Source: an uncultured Nitrospiraceae bacterium (lineage in GTDB: Bacteria > Nitrospirota > Thermodesulfovibrionia > Thermodesulfovibrionales > Dissulfurispiraceae). Taken from it: DNA of 64,000 nt. Each line of letters begins with the position of its first letter. Position 1 is the first letter of the stretch. Shown in pieces: positions 9,292 to 19,676 of this stretch. The position numbers were made by a program, and so were the translations under genes. A model generated the notes under the pieces. It worked only from the letters and a program-made list of their open reading frames with translations. It had not been told where the DNA came from and searched no databases. The stretch spans positions 288,001 through 352,000 of the forward strand of contig CAVPIW010000006.1 in NCBI GenBank assembly GCA_963705105.1, written 5' to 3'.

Positions 9292-11333
9292 TGCTCGAAA
9301 GACTGCTCAAACATAGCGACCTGCTCCTCGCCGTCGGGATCGTGACGGTCCTGTCGCTGATGGTCATCCCCATTCCGCCGTTGCTCCTCGATGTGGCCCT
9401 CACGTTCAGCATCACCCTCTCGGTGATGATTCTCCTTGTGTCGTCCTATGTTTACAGGAGCCTGGAGTTCTCCGTCTTTCCCTCCATGCTGCTCGTGTCG
9501 ACGCTCCTCCGTCTCTCCCTGAACATCGCGTCGACGAGGCTCATCCTCATGAAGGGAGACGAGGGCATCGACGCCGCCGGAAAAGTCATCCAGTCTTTCG
9601 GTGAATTCGTCGTGGGAGGCAATTTCGTCGTCGGTTTCGTTATCTTCCTCATTCTCGTCATCATCAATTTCATCGTCATCACCAAGGGCGCGGGGAGAGT
9701 CGCCGAGGTGTCGGCCCGGTTCACTCTCGATGCCATGCCGGGAAAACAGATGAGCATTGATGCCGATCTCAACGCCGGGCTGATCGACGAGGTCGAAGCG
9801 CGGCGGCGCCGCCAGGAGATCTCCCGGGAAGCCGACTTTTACGGAGCTATGGACGGCGCCAGCAAGTTCGTCAGGGGCGACGCGATCGCGGGGATCATCA
9901 TCATGGTCATCAATATCATCGGAGGGTTCCTCATCGGCGTGCTCCAGAAGGGCATGCCCCTTGCCGATGCCGCACGGACCTATACGACACTGACCGTCGG
10001 AGAAGGCCTTGTGGCGCAGATCCCCGCGCTCATCACCTCGACGGCGGCCGGTATCATCGTCACGCGCGCTGCGACGGAGGCGAACCTCGGCGCCGAGATG
10101 GTGAAGCAGCTCCTTTCACATCCGAAGGCTCTCGCAACCACGGCGGGGGTGCTCGCCTTCTTCGGCATCATTCCCGGCCTGCCCCACGTCCCGTTTCTCC
10201 TCCTCGCCACGATCTCGGGAACGGGGGCCTACTTCCTGAAGAAGGCCGCACTCCGTGAAGAAGAGGTCCCGGCGGAAGAAGAAAGGGCCGCGCCTCCCGA
10301 GAGTCTCGAGGCCCTTCTGGCCGTCGACCCCCTCTCTCTCGAGATCGGATACAGCCTCATCCCCCTTGTCGAGGAGGGCGGGCCCCTGCTTTCGAAGATC
10401 AGGGCGATCAGAAAGCAGATCGTGACGGAGATGGGCTTCATCGTGCCGCCCGTCCACATCAAGGATAACCTCACCCTCAAACCGGCAGGCTATTCGGTGC
10501 TCATCAAAGGTGTCGAGATCGCCTCGTCGGAGGTGATGCTGAACCGGTACCTCGCCATCTCTCCGGGAGGTGAAACGGAGACGATGGAAGGCGTGCCGGC
10601 TAAGGACCCGGCCTTCGGGCTGCCCGCCCTCTGGATCGAAGAGAGAGACATGGAGAGGGCGCAACTGGCGGGATACACCGTCGTCGACGTGCCCTCGGTC
10701 ATCACGACGCACCTGTCCGAGATCATCAAGAACTACTCACATGAGCTGCTGGGCAAGCAGGATGTGCAGCGTCTCTTCGACAACCTTTCGAAAACGCAGC
10801 CGAAGGTCGTCGAAGACCTGACGCCGGGATTGCTCCCACTCGCGGCGGTCCAGAGGGTCCTCCAGAATCTCCTGAAAGAGAGGGTCTCCATCAGGGACCT
10901 CCAGACGATCCTCGAGACCCTCGCGGAGTTCGCGGCGGTGACGAAAGACGCAGAAATACTGACCGAGTCGGTCAGGCAGGCCCTTTCGAGGGGGATTACA
11001 CGGCAGTTCCGGAATACGGACGGGTCGCTGTCCGTCCTCATTCTCGACCCGTCTACGGAACGGACCATGCTCGAATCTCTCCAGAGCACTCCCCAGGGGA
11101 CCTTTCTGAACCTTGACCCCGTCACATCGGAGAAATTCCTTGACGGCGTCAAGAAGAGGTTCGAGGAGAGCCTTGCCAAGGGATACCAGCCCCTGATTCT
11201 CTGTTCGCCCGCCATCAGGAGGTTCGTCAAGAAGATCGTCGAAAGGGTATCGCCGGGCATCGTCGTCCTCTCGCACGGCGAGGTGTCGCCCAACACGAAA
11301 CTCTACGCGCTCGGAACAATCAGGATCGAATGA
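9288..11333 (+). CDS. flhA: FlhA
   Basis: RVAEVSARFTLDAMPGKQMSIDADL and FYGAMDGASKFVRGD. Confidence 0.97.
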   Translation: MMLERLLKHSDLLLAVGIVTVLSLMVIPIPPLLLDVALTFSITLSVMILLVSSYVYRSLEFSVFPSMLLVSTLLRLSLNIASTRLILMKGDEGIDAAGKVIQSFGEFVVGGNFVVGFVIFLILVIINFIVITKGAGRVAEVSARFTLDAMPGKQMSIDADLNAGLIDEVEARRRRQEISREADFYGAMDGASKFVRGDAIAGIIIMVINIIGGFLIGVLQKGMPLADAARTYTTLTVGEGLVAQIPALITSTAAGIIVTRAATEANLGAEMVKQLLSHPKALATTAGVLAFFGIIPGLPHVPFLLLATISGTGAYFLKKAALREEEVPAEEERAAPPESLEALLAVDPLSLEIGYSLIPLVEEGGPLLSKIRAIRKQIVTEMGFIVPPVHIKDNLTLKPAGYSVLIKGVEIASSEVMLNRYLAISPGGETETMEGVPAKDPAFGLPALWIEERDMERAQLAGYTVVDVPSVITTHLSEIIKNYSHELLGKQDVQRLFDNLSKTQPKVVEDLTPGLLPLAAVQRVLQNLLKERVSIRDLQTILETLAEFAAVTKDAEILTESVRQALSRGITRQFRNTDGSLSVLILDPSTERTMLESLQSTPQGTFLNLDPVTSEKFLDGVKKRFEESLAKGYQPLILCSPAIRRFVKKIVERVSPGIVVLSHGEVSPNTKLYALGTIRIE

Positions 11334-11367
11334 TAAAACACAACTCTTTCCATTTGGGGGTGAAGAC

Positions 11368-12390
11368 ATGAGGATAAAGAAATATGTCGGCGAGAATTTC
11401 AAGGAAGCCCTCGATCTGGTCAAGAGGGAGCTCGGTCCTGAAGCGGTCATCCTGTCGAGCAAAGCCGTCAGGAGCGGTCCCTTCGGCATAACGGGAAATG
11501 AGGGGGTGGAGGTGACGGCCGCACTCGATGCGGACCTCGCCAGGCATGACTCCGCAGCGTCCGGCATGGACGACCTTATCCGGGAGATCAGGGGCCTCAG
11601 GCAGGAGGTGACGTTCCTCAAGGAGATGCTGAGACCGGTCATGCCGGGCCTCAGGGTCGGGACGGAGGGGAAGGAACTGCTGAATCACCTCGTGAAACAG
11701 GGGATCGATATGCAGTTTGCCCTCGTCCTTGTCGACCAGTGCCGGGAAAACCGGTCGGGCCTGAGAGAGGCGATTGCAGGCACCCTCAAGGTGCAATCCC
11801 CGGTGGAACATGATGACAATGGCTTCATCTTTCTCGGTCCTCCCGGCGTCGGCAAAACGACGACTCTTTCGAAAATGGCGTACATCCTTGCGGCGAGGCG
11901 GAAACAGGTCCATATACTCTCTCTCGACGAAAGGGGGCCGAACGTCGAATACCTCAGGGAGACCGCAAAGGTGACGCGGAGCCAGTTCAAGGTCGTCAGG
12001 AAGATCAGCGAGCTCCCGCGGACGGTCTACCGGGATATGGAAAAGGGGCCGGTGCTGATCGACACGTCAGGCAGCTCCTGTGCCAGGACCCTCAGCGACA
12101 TGAAAACGCTCTTTCCCTCCGGTGCGCCCGTCAGGACATGTTTTCTCATGGATGCTTCTCTCAGCCAGGACGCGAGTCAGAAGGTCTGGTCGTCCTGTCA
12201 GTTCGCCCTGATCGACACCATCGGTTTCACGAAGCTCGACCTGGCGTCGCACCTGGGGAACATGTACAATATCGCCCTGCTGTCAGGCAGGCCCCTGTCG
12301 TTCATAACGACGGGACCCGATGTCCCCGGTGACGTGGTGCTGCCGACGGCGGACCTCGTTGCCGGGATGATAGTGGGGGAAAGGTCATGA
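11368..12390 (+). CDS. flhF: SRP-family GTPase FlhF (short, divergent)
   Basis: MRIKKY..VKRELGPEAVILS N-terminus; GPPGVGKTT, DTSG and TKLD motifs. Confidence 0.88.
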   Translation: MRIKKYVGENFKEALDLVKRELGPEAVILSSKAVRSGPFGITGNEGVEVTAALDADLARHDSAASGMDDLIREIRGLRQEVTFLKEMLRPVMPGLRVGTEGKELLNHLVKQGIDMQFALVLVDQCRENRSGLREAIAGTLKVQSPVEHDDNGFIFLGPPGVGKTTTLSKMAYILAARRKQVHILSLDERGPNVEYLRETAKVTRSQFKVVRKISELPRTVYRDMEKGPVLIDTSGSSCARTLSDMKTLFPSGAPVRTCFLMDASLSQDASQKVWSSCQFALIDTIGFTKLDLASHLGNMYNIALLSGRPLSFITTGPDVPGDVVLPTADLVAGMIVGERS

Positions 12391-13196
12391 AGCAGGAGAG
12401 CCCCCGTATCATTGCGGTTTCCAGCGGGAAGGGCGGCGTCGGAAAGACGAACTTTGTCGCCAATCTGGCCCTTCTCTACGCGGGGATGGGCAAGCGCGTG
12501 CTCATCCTCGATGCCGATCTCGGCCTGAGCAATATCGATGTGATCTTCGGCATCGCCCCCCGCCTGACCCTGAAGGACGTCCTCATGGGAGAAAAGAGCA
12601 TTGCCGATATCCTCTGCACCGGCCCCGGCGGCATCATGATCCTGCCAGCCGGCTCCGGCGTCCGCGAGCTGACCCGGCTGAGCGACGAGCAGCGTCTCAA
12701 ACTCGTCTCGGTCCTCGATGATTTCGACGCTCCCTTTGACGTCTTTCTTATCGACACCGGCGCCGGCATTTCGGACAACGTGCTCTTTTTCTGCAGCTCC
12801 GCCCTCGAGACGGTCGTCCTGGTCACGCCGGAGCCGACGTCGATCGCCGATGCATACGCGCTGATCAAGGTGTTGTCGCGGGACTTCGGTGAAGAGCATT
12901 TCAGGGTCCTCGTCAATACGGCCCGGTCCGAAAAGGAGGCTTTCGATACCTTCAGGAGGCTGGCGATCGTGACGGACCGTTTTCTCCACCTCTCCGTCGA
13001 TTACCTCGGATACCTTCCCCACGATGAACACGTGAAAGACGCGATCATCGCCCAGAAGGGCTTCATCGCGCTTTATCCCAACAGCGCTTTCGCGAAAAAA
13101 CTCGGCCGCATCGGCGCAAAGCTGCTCGATACGCCCCTGAACAGGGTCAAGGGAAACATCCAGTTCTTTCTTAAAAAGGCCCTCAGGGTCGGATAG
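12387..13196 (+). CDS. flhG: MinD-like ATPase FlhG/FleN
   Basis: SGKGGVGKT, DADLGLSN, TPEPTSIADAYALIK. Confidence 0.93.
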   Translation: MKQESPRIIAVSSGKGGVGKTNFVANLALLYAGMGKRVLILDADLGLSNIDVIFGIAPRLTLKDVLMGEKSIADILCTGPGGIMILPAGSGVRELTRLSDEQRLKLVSVLDDFDAPFDVFLIDTGAGISDNVLFFCSSALETVVLVTPEPTSIADAYALIKVLSRDFGEEHFRVLVNTARSEKEAFDTFRRLAIVTDRFLHLSVDYLGYLPHDEHVKDAIIAQKGFIALYPNSAFAKKLGRIGAKLLDTPLNRVKGNIQFFLKKALRVG

Positions 13197-13228
13197 GCAA
13201 GGGAAGAAAGTGTCAGTGTGAGTTTTTA

Positions 13229-13423
13229 CCTTGAGGTTGCATAGAAAGGCGTGGCGAAACGCTCTGAAAAACAGTGTCAGTGTGAGTGTCAGTGTCAGTA
13301 AAAAACTCACTTTTTCGACCATCGCGTTGAAACTTCGTCTTTCGGACGATTAAGGTGTCGCCGCAGCAAGGTTTTCGGCGCATACGCCCCGCCTTTTCCC
13401 GGAAGTGTATTGCAACGATAAGG
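13229..13423 (+). mobile_element. MITE-like repeat copy 1 (core A)
   Basis: CCTTGAGGTTGCA...TGCAACGATAAGG ends; TTTA direct repeat on both sides. Confidence 0.85.
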
Positions 13424-13511
13424 TTTACGCTGATTCATGCCGAGACATGACGAAAAAAAGTTTCCTTTGATTTACATTTATGAGTATAATATTGCCTGAA
13501 TCGGGAACACC

Positions 13512-14234
13512 ATGGCAAAAGTATCGGAACAACAGAAAGAGCAGATCATTGAGCAGTTCCTGCCGCGCGTAAAATACTACGCCAACAAGTATGCCTTCAG
13601 CCTTCCTGCCGAGCTCAGCGTCGAAGACCTCATCTCGGCCGGCATCATCGGCCTCCTGGAGGCGTGCGAGAGGTACGATCCCGCCATGAAGACGACGCTC
13701 AGCACTTTTGCCGACTTCAGGATCAGGGGGGCCATCATCGATGAAATCCGGTCCATGCAATGGGCGTCGAAGGACGCGCGGAAGAAGCTGGAATACGTGA
13801 GAAACGCTTACACGGAGCTCGAGAAGACCTTCAGCAGGAGCGTCACCGATGAAGAGGTGGCCCAAAAGCTGAACATCACCCTCGACGAGCTCCACAAGAC
13901 GCTCTCGACGGCGAACACGATGAACATGATGAATCTCGAGGACCTCGGCATAGGCAAAGAAGGGGAAACGCTCGATATTCTCGAGTGCATTTCCGCGGAC
14001 AATGCCCGGGATGTCATTGAAGAGCTCAACCTCAAGGAACTCAAGACGGCCCTCGGGCACGCCATCGACAGATTGCCCGAAAAGGAGCGCCTCGTTCTCA
14101 CCCTTTATTACTACGAAGAACTCACCATGCGGGAAATCGGGAAGGTACTGAACATCAGCGAATCCCGCGTCTGCCAGTTGCACGGAAAAGGCCTCATGAA
14201 GCTCAAGGGGAAGCTCGAACAGCTCAGGGCCTGA
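13512..14234 (+). CDS. fliA: Sigma28 factor FliA
   Basis: DLISAGIIGLL, RIRGAIIDEIR, ISESRVCQLH. Confidence 0.96.
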   Translation: MAKVSEQQKEQIIEQFLPRVKYYANKYAFSLPAELSVEDLISAGIIGLLEACERYDPAMKTTLSTFADFRIRGAIIDEIRSMQWASKDARKKLEYVRNAYTELEKTFSRSVTDEEVAQKLNITLDELHKTLSTANTMNMMNLEDLGIGKEGETLDILECISADNARDVIEELNLKELKTALGHAIDRLPEKERLVLTLYYYEELTMREIGKVLNISESRVCQLHGKGLMKLKGKLEQLRA

Positions 14235-14282
14235 TTCCGCCGCTCCGGGAGTACCCCAGCGCCGTTCCGGAAGGAGCAATCC

Positions 14283-16130
14283 ATGATTCGAAGCCTGAAA
14301 AGGATTCTGCTGAAACTGCAGTCAGAGGACCCATCGGTCAGAAGGCTCGCAGCCGAGAGGCTTTCGGAGGCGGATGAGAGGGCCATATACCCGCTCATAC
14401 AGGCCCTGAAAGACCGTCATCCCGGCGTGCAGGACGCCGCCATGAGGTCCCTGGTGTCGATAGGCGGAGAGGTGACCGCCTATATGACACTTCCCCTGCT
14501 GAGGGAGGAACCCTCTCTGCGAAATATGGCGGTCGTCATTCTCGGGGAGTTGGGCGTCCATGCCGTCCCCCTTGTCTATCCCCTGCTCGGGGACAAGGAC
14601 GGCGTCATCAGGAAATTCGCCGTTGATCTGCTCAGGAAGATCGGAAGCGGCGTCGATCCATCGAGGATCATCCCCTGTCTGAAAGACGGGAACCCCAACA
14701 TACGCGCCGCCGCTGCAAGGGCACTGGGGGAGCTGGGGTGCCGGGAAGCCGTCCCTTTTCTCATCAATGCACTGGCAGACGAGGAATGGACAGTCATATC
14801 CGCCCTTGAATCTCTTGGTGAGCTCCGGGCCGAAGAAGCGACGGATGCTGTGGCTTCCCTTCTCCTGTCCGGTTCAGCGGCGATCAGGCATGTCGCCATC
14901 GAGACGCTGGGATGTTTCTCCTCCGGTAGGGCGGCACAAATCCTTCTTTCACATATCGAAAGGGCGCCGGCTGACGAACGGACAACAGCCATCAAGAGTC
15001 TCATGACCGCCGGAGTCACCCCGCAGCTTCACGGTCTCTCCGATCACCTCATCGCGTTTCTCCGGGAGGGAGATTGGGAGGATAAGCTGCTTGCCGTCAG
15101 GGGCATTACCACCCTCAAATGCAAGGCCGCCGTCCCCGTCATGGTCGATCTTGCCGGGTCCCTCGATCCGTCTCTGCCCGAGAGCGCGGAGATAATCGCC
15201 CTTTTCATGGATGCGATCCTATCTCTGGATGCAGGTGATGAACTTGTCGGCCTCCTTGATGACCCCGGCCTTCGATACCGGGGAAAGTCACTCGCCGTGC
15301 ATGCCCTGGGACGCTTACAGAGAGAGGATGCAGTGCCGAAGATCATCCCTCTTCTGAGCCATATCAGCAGGGACCTTCGGAGGGCGGCCGTCGATGCTCT
15401 CGGGAATATGGGCGGAGAGGCGGCCAGGGAAGCACTCACTGAAGCGGCTGGTCAGGACCATGACGCACATGTCAGGAGGGCCGCCATCGAGGCCCTCGGC
15501 AGCAACAAGGCGGCCGGGACATACCGGTTCCTGTTCGGCAGGCTGCATGTCGAAACATATCCCGATCTCACCGAGGCGATCGTCCGATCCCTCATGAATA
15601 TCGACAGCAATGCATTTCTTTCCGGAATGAGCGGTTATAGGGACCCCGTGCGTCTTGTCACGGCGAGGATTTCGGATGACGAGGAGACTCTTCTCAGGCT
15701 CGCCGATGATGAGAACCGGCAGGTCAGGATCACTGCGATCGGCAGGCTCAGACTGACGCCTTCCGGCGGGGCCGTGCGAAGACTCACGGAATTGCTCAGG
15801 GACGAGGACCCGGAAATCAGAAGAATCGCCGTCACTTCATTCGATGATGCACACCTCTGCCCTCCCGAGCTCCTGCAGACCCTGACCGACAGTGATGCAT
15901 CGGTCAGGTTTCAGGCTCTCCGAGTCGTATCCTCGACCTGCGATGCCGAAACAGTTTTGAAACACATCGGCCCTCTCGTCGGCGATCTCTTCATTCCCAT
16001 CTGCCTTGCCGCCGTCGACGCGATCGGCCGTCTCGGCAGGCAGGCAGCCGAACGAGGCCTCGCTCCTTTCGAAAATCATCCCGATCCCTCGGTTCGCGGG
16101 GCCGTCCGGAAGGTGCTGAACCCGGCATGA
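14283..16130 (+). CDS. HEAT-repeat protein (chemotaxis-associated)
   Basis: Repeated D....VR..AA.ALG units across 615 aa; overlaps the cheR start. Confidence 0.85.
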   Translation: MIRSLKRILLKLQSEDPSVRRLAAERLSEADERAIYPLIQALKDRHPGVQDAAMRSLVSIGGEVTAYMTLPLLREEPSLRNMAVVILGELGVHAVPLVYPLLGDKDGVIRKFAVDLLRKIGSGVDPSRIIPCLKDGNPNIRAAAARALGELGCREAVPFLINALADEEWTVISALESLGELRAEEATDAVASLLLSGSAAIRHVAIETLGCFSSGRAAQILLSHIERAPADERTTAIKSLMTAGVTPQLHGLSDHLIAFLREGDWEDKLLAVRGITTLKCKAAVPVMVDLAGSLDPSLPESAEIIALFMDAILSLDAGDELVGLLDDPGLRYRGKSLAVHALGRLQREDAVPKIIPLLSHISRDLRRAAVDALGNMGGEAAREALTEAAGQDHDAHVRRAAIEALGSNKAAGTYRFLFGRLHVETYPDLTEAIVRSLMNIDSNAFLSGMSGYRDPVRLVTARISDDEETLLRLADDENRQVRITAIGRLRLTPSGGAVRRLTELLRDEDPEIRRIAVTSFDDAHLCPPELLQTLTDSDASVRFQALRVVSSTCDAETVLKHIGPLVGDLFIPICLAAVDAIGRLGRQAAERGLAPFENHPDPSVRGAVRKVLNPA

Positions 16131-16957
16131 ACCAGATCATCCCCGAAGACGTTTTCAGACAACTGAGGGATTTTATTTACGAAAAGTGCGGCATCTTCAT
16201 CCCGGACACGAAACGGTACTTTCTGGAAAACAGACTCGGACGGCGCATCCTCGAGAGAAACCTCAAATCGGGTGCGGAATATCTCTACCTGCTGAAATAC
16301 GGAGCGGACAGGCGGGAGCTTTCAAAACTCTTCGATCTGGTTACGACCAACGAGACGTTCTTTTTCAGGGAGCCGCAGCAGCTTCAGGTTTTCAGCACGG
16401 AGATCATCGATCGCATCATGACGGATAATATGCGGGCCGGACGGATGGACATCCGCATCTGGTCGGCTGCCTGCTCGACGGGCGAGGAGCCTTACACGCT
16501 CTGTCTCATGCTCGTCAGCCGCCAGGCTGCAGCCTCTTTTCGTAAAGACATCGTCGCGTCCGATTTAAGCGATGCCGTCTTGGAGTCGGCACGGGCGGGG
16601 ATCTACGGGTCCTATTCCATCAGAAACGTATCCGATGATGTGCTGAGGGAATTTTTCACAAAGGAGAATCACCACTATCGCATCTCGCCGAAGCTGAAAT
16701 CCATGGTAAGGTTCCAGAGAATCAACCTCATCGACAAACGCGAGGTGGGCAAAATCAGGGGAATGGACGTCATCTTCTGCAGAAACGTCCTCATCTATTT
16801 CGATGACAAAGCAAAACACAGGGCCGTTGCAAACCTCTACGACTCTCTGAGGCCGGGGGGGTATCTCATCATCGGGACTTCGGAGAGCCTGCACAACATC
16901 ACGAGGGCCTTCAGGCCCGTCATCATCAACAGGGTCATCGTGTACCAGAAAGTGTAG
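16127..16957 (+). CDS. cheR: Chemotaxis methyltransferase CheR
   Basis: TTNETFFFREP, IWSAACSTGEEPY, DVIFCRNVLIYF. Confidence 0.96.
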   Translation: MNQIIPEDVFRQLRDFIYEKCGIFIPDTKRYFLENRLGRRILERNLKSGAEYLYLLKYGADRRELSKLFDLVTTNETFFFREPQQLQVFSTEIIDRIMTDNMRAGRMDIRIWSAACSTGEEPYTLCLMLVSRQAAASFRKDIVASDLSDAVLESARAGIYGSYSIRNVSDDVLREFFTKENHHYRISPKLKSMVRFQRINLIDKREVGKIRGMDVIFCRNVLIYFDDKAKHRAVANLYDSLRPGGYLIIGTSESLHNITRAFRPVIINRVIVYQKV

Positions 16958-17005
16958 ACGGAACGGGACATTTCACGTCTGGCATTGCACAAGGAGGCGA
17001 CACCA

Positions 17006-17362
17006 GTGAAGATCCTGATCGTTGACGACGATAAAACAACTAGGAAGATTCTGACCCTCTACCTCAGGGGTAAGGACCATACCGTCATAACCGCCGAGAA
17101 CGGACTGGATGCCCTCGAAAAGATCGGTATCGAGACTGTTGACGTGATTATAGCAGACCTGAACATGCCTTACATGGACGGGATCGAGCTGACACGCACG
17201 ATCAGGTCTGATTCATCGCGATCTCATATCCCCATCATCATGGTTTCGATAGAGGAGGATGCCGAAGAAAGGGATCGGGCTGTCGAGGCCGGTGTCAGTG
17301 CGTACCTGGTCAAGCCGGTGACGGCCGAGCAGATCGAGGAGAGCATACGGAACATGCGATAA
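17006..17362 (+). CDS. Single-domain CheY-like response regulator
   Basis: ILIVDD, DLNMP and YLVKP; GTG start after AAGGAGG. Confidence 0.88.
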   Translation: MKILIVDDDKTTRKILTLYLRGKDHTVITAENGLDALEKIGIETVDVIIADLNMPYMDGIELTRTIRSDSSRSHIPIIMVSIEEDAEERDRAVEAGVSAYLVKPVTAEQIEESIRNMR

Positions 17363-17384
17363 CGCTTTTGATAGAGGAGGTGGC

Positions 17385-17789
17385 ATGCTTGATCTGAAGA
17401 TTAAGGTCCTTGTCGTGGACGACTTTCCCACGATGAGGAGAATCATACGGAATCTCCTGAAGCAGATCGGATACAACTCCATCGAGGAAGCCGAGGACGG
17501 GATTCAGGCGCTGGCGATGCTCAGGAAAGGGGGGGTCGGTCTCATCGTGTCCGACTGGAATATGCCGAACATGGAGGGGATAGATCTTCTGAGAATCGTC
17601 AGGAAGGATGCCTCGCTCAAGGACATCGCCTTTCTCATGGTCACTGCCGAGGCGGAGAAAGAGAGGGTAATCGAGGCGATCAAGTCGGGTGTCGACAACT
17701 ATATCGTGAAACCGTTCACTGCGGAGACCCTGAAGGAGAAGATCGAGAAGATCGCGGAAAGGAGGTCTGCCCTCAGGGGAGGAAACTGA
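17385..17789 (+). CDS. cheY: CheY
   Basis: VDDFPTMRRII, SDWNMPNM, MVTAEA, YIVKPF. Confidence 0.95.
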   Translation: MLDLKIKVLVVDDFPTMRRIIRNLLKQIGYNSIEEAEDGIQALAMLRKGGVGLIVSDWNMPNMEGIDLLRIVRKDASLKDIAFLMVTAEAEKERVIEAIKSGVDNYIVKPFTAETLKEKIEKIAERRSALRGGN

Positions 17790-17791
17790 TC

Positions 17792-19609
17792 GTGTCCGAC
17801 GAGATGGACGAAATCATAGCCGATTTCATCACCGAAGCCGAAGAGATCCTCGATAAGGTCGACCCCCTTTTCGTAGAGCTTGAGACAAGGGGGTATGACA
17901 GGGACATGCTGAACGAGATCTTTCGGGGCATGCATACTCTTAAGGGCGCATCGGGCTTTCTGGGTTTTCAGCAGATGGTGGAGGTCGCCCACCGTGCCGA
18001 AAGCATCCTGAAAAAACTCACAGACGGTGAAACCGCCCTTTCGAAGGGCCTCATGGATGTGATCCTGAAGAGTGTGGATACCCTGAGAATGCTCATTTTC
18101 CATATCAAGCTCAAAGACGGTATTGAAGAGGATCTCTCGGCGATCCTCGGATCTCTTGACGACGCGCTGGACCGTGCGATGAAGGGAGGAGAACCCTCGC
18201 CGGTCGCGGAGACACCGGCTGACGCGGCGTGCATGGCGCCGGCAAAAAAAGATGATGCCGCTTCGAACCGGCAGAACGATGGCCGAAAGAACGTTCCGGA
18301 AAACGGAAGCGCACCTGAAACGGCATCCCGGCCGGTGACCGCGGAAGTCTTATCGGGCCTTGCCCAGGTCACTGCCGGGGATCACCACCGGCAGCCGGGA
18401 AAGGAACGCGGCGTCGTGTCCACTTTGAGGGTCGATGTTTCAAGGATCGACAAGGTCATGGACCTCGCGGGTGAAATCGTGCTCGCCCGCAACAGGCTGC
18501 TCAACCTGTCGCTGCGCCTGGACCACATGCACTCCGGTGATCCCAACGTCGAGAGTCTTATCGAAACAACGGCATTTCTCGACAGGGTGACGTCGGACCT
18601 GCAGCTCGCCGTCATGAAAATGAGAATGCAGCCTCTCCAGAAGGTTTTCGGCAAGTTTCCCAGGATGGTGAGAGACCTTGCGGGAGGCCTCGGAAAAGAG
18701 ATCGATCTGGACATCTCCGGCGAAGACACCGAGGTGGACAAGACTGTCATCGAGAATATCGGCGATCCCCTGGTCCACATCATCCGGAATTCCATCGATC
18801 ATGGCCTCGAGCCTCCCGATGAGAGAGTGCGGAAGGGAAAGCCCCGGAAAGGGACCATCGGCATCAGTGCCTATCAGAAGGGCACCCAGGTCGTCATAGA
18901 GGTAACGGACGACGGTAAGGGTATTGATGTCGAAGCGGTGAAGAGGAAGGCCCTGAAGTGCGGACTCATTTCCGAAGAGGAGTCCGTCAAGATGACCGAT
19001 GAAACGGCCGTTCACCTCATCTTTCTGCCCGGTTTCTCGACGAAGGACGTATCGACGGAACTGAGCGGCCGCGGCGTCGGCATGGATGTCGTGAAGACGA
19101 ACGTGGCAAAGCTCAACGGATATGTGGAAGTCATCACGAAGAGAGATCAGGGCAGCACCTTCCGGATCAGCCTTCCCCTCACGCTTGCAATCATTCAGGC
19201 TATGATGGTGCGTGTCTGGAACCAGCTCTACGCTGTGCCGCAATCGATCATCGAGGAAACCCTCAGAATCGGCAGGGGAGATCTGAAAGACGTCACGGGC
19301 CGGAAGGTGATGCTCATTCGCGGAAGGGTGCTCCCGGTCCTGCGCATGACAGATCTCCTCGGTATGGTCGGGGACGCCGAAGATGTTTCTGATGCATATG
19401 TCCTCGTGGCATCGGTGGGCGACAGGAAATTCTGTGTCACCGTCGATGAGCTCATGGGACAGGAGGAAATCGTCATAAAATCGATAGACGGTATCAATTC
19501 CGAGGAATGCGGCTTGCTGGGAGCGACCATTCACGGCGACGGACGGGTTGTTCTCATTCTCGATATCCTGGCCCTTGTACGGAGATCATACTCTGTGAGC
19601 CACCGGTAA
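17792..19609 (+). CDS. cheA: CheA histidine kinase
   Basis: Hpt IFRGMHTLKG; HIIRNSIDHG; SGRGVGMDVVK; C-terminal CheW-like domain. Confidence 0.96.
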   Translation: MSDEMDEIIADFITEAEEILDKVDPLFVELETRGYDRDMLNEIFRGMHTLKGASGFLGFQQMVEVAHRAESILKKLTDGETALSKGLMDVILKSVDTLRMLIFHIKLKDGIEEDLSAILGSLDDALDRAMKGGEPSPVAETPADAACMAPAKKDDAASNRQNDGRKNVPENGSAPETASRPVTAEVLSGLAQVTAGDHHRQPGKERGVVSTLRVDVSRIDKVMDLAGEIVLARNRLLNLSLRLDHMHSGDPNVESLIETTAFLDRVTSDLQLAVMKMRMQPLQKVFGKFPRMVRDLAGGLGKEIDLDISGEDTEVDKTVIENIGDPLVHIIRNSIDHGLEPPDERVRKGKPRKGTIGISAYQKGTQVVIEVTDDGKGIDVEAVKRKALKCGLISEEESVKMTDETAVHLIFLPGFSTKDVSTELSGRGVGMDVVKTNVAKLNGYVEVITKRDQGSTFRISLPLTLAIIQAMMVRVWNQLYAVPQSIIEETLRIGRGDLKDVTGRKVMLIRGRVLPVLRMTDLLGMVGDAEDVSDAYVLVASVGDRKFCVTVDELMGQEEIVIKSIDGINSEECGLLGATIHGDGRVVLILDILALVRRSYSVSHR

Positions 19610-19676
19610 CAACGGATACAGCCTCTCTTTCATCCGGGCAGATGAAAGATCAAACGTTTTTCACAGAGGGGGGTTG

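Noticed and set aside
13461..13490. Sigma70 promoter for fliA (TATAAT at 13485)
   Set aside because: No convincing -35 at 16-18 nt spacing, so it was left uncalled.
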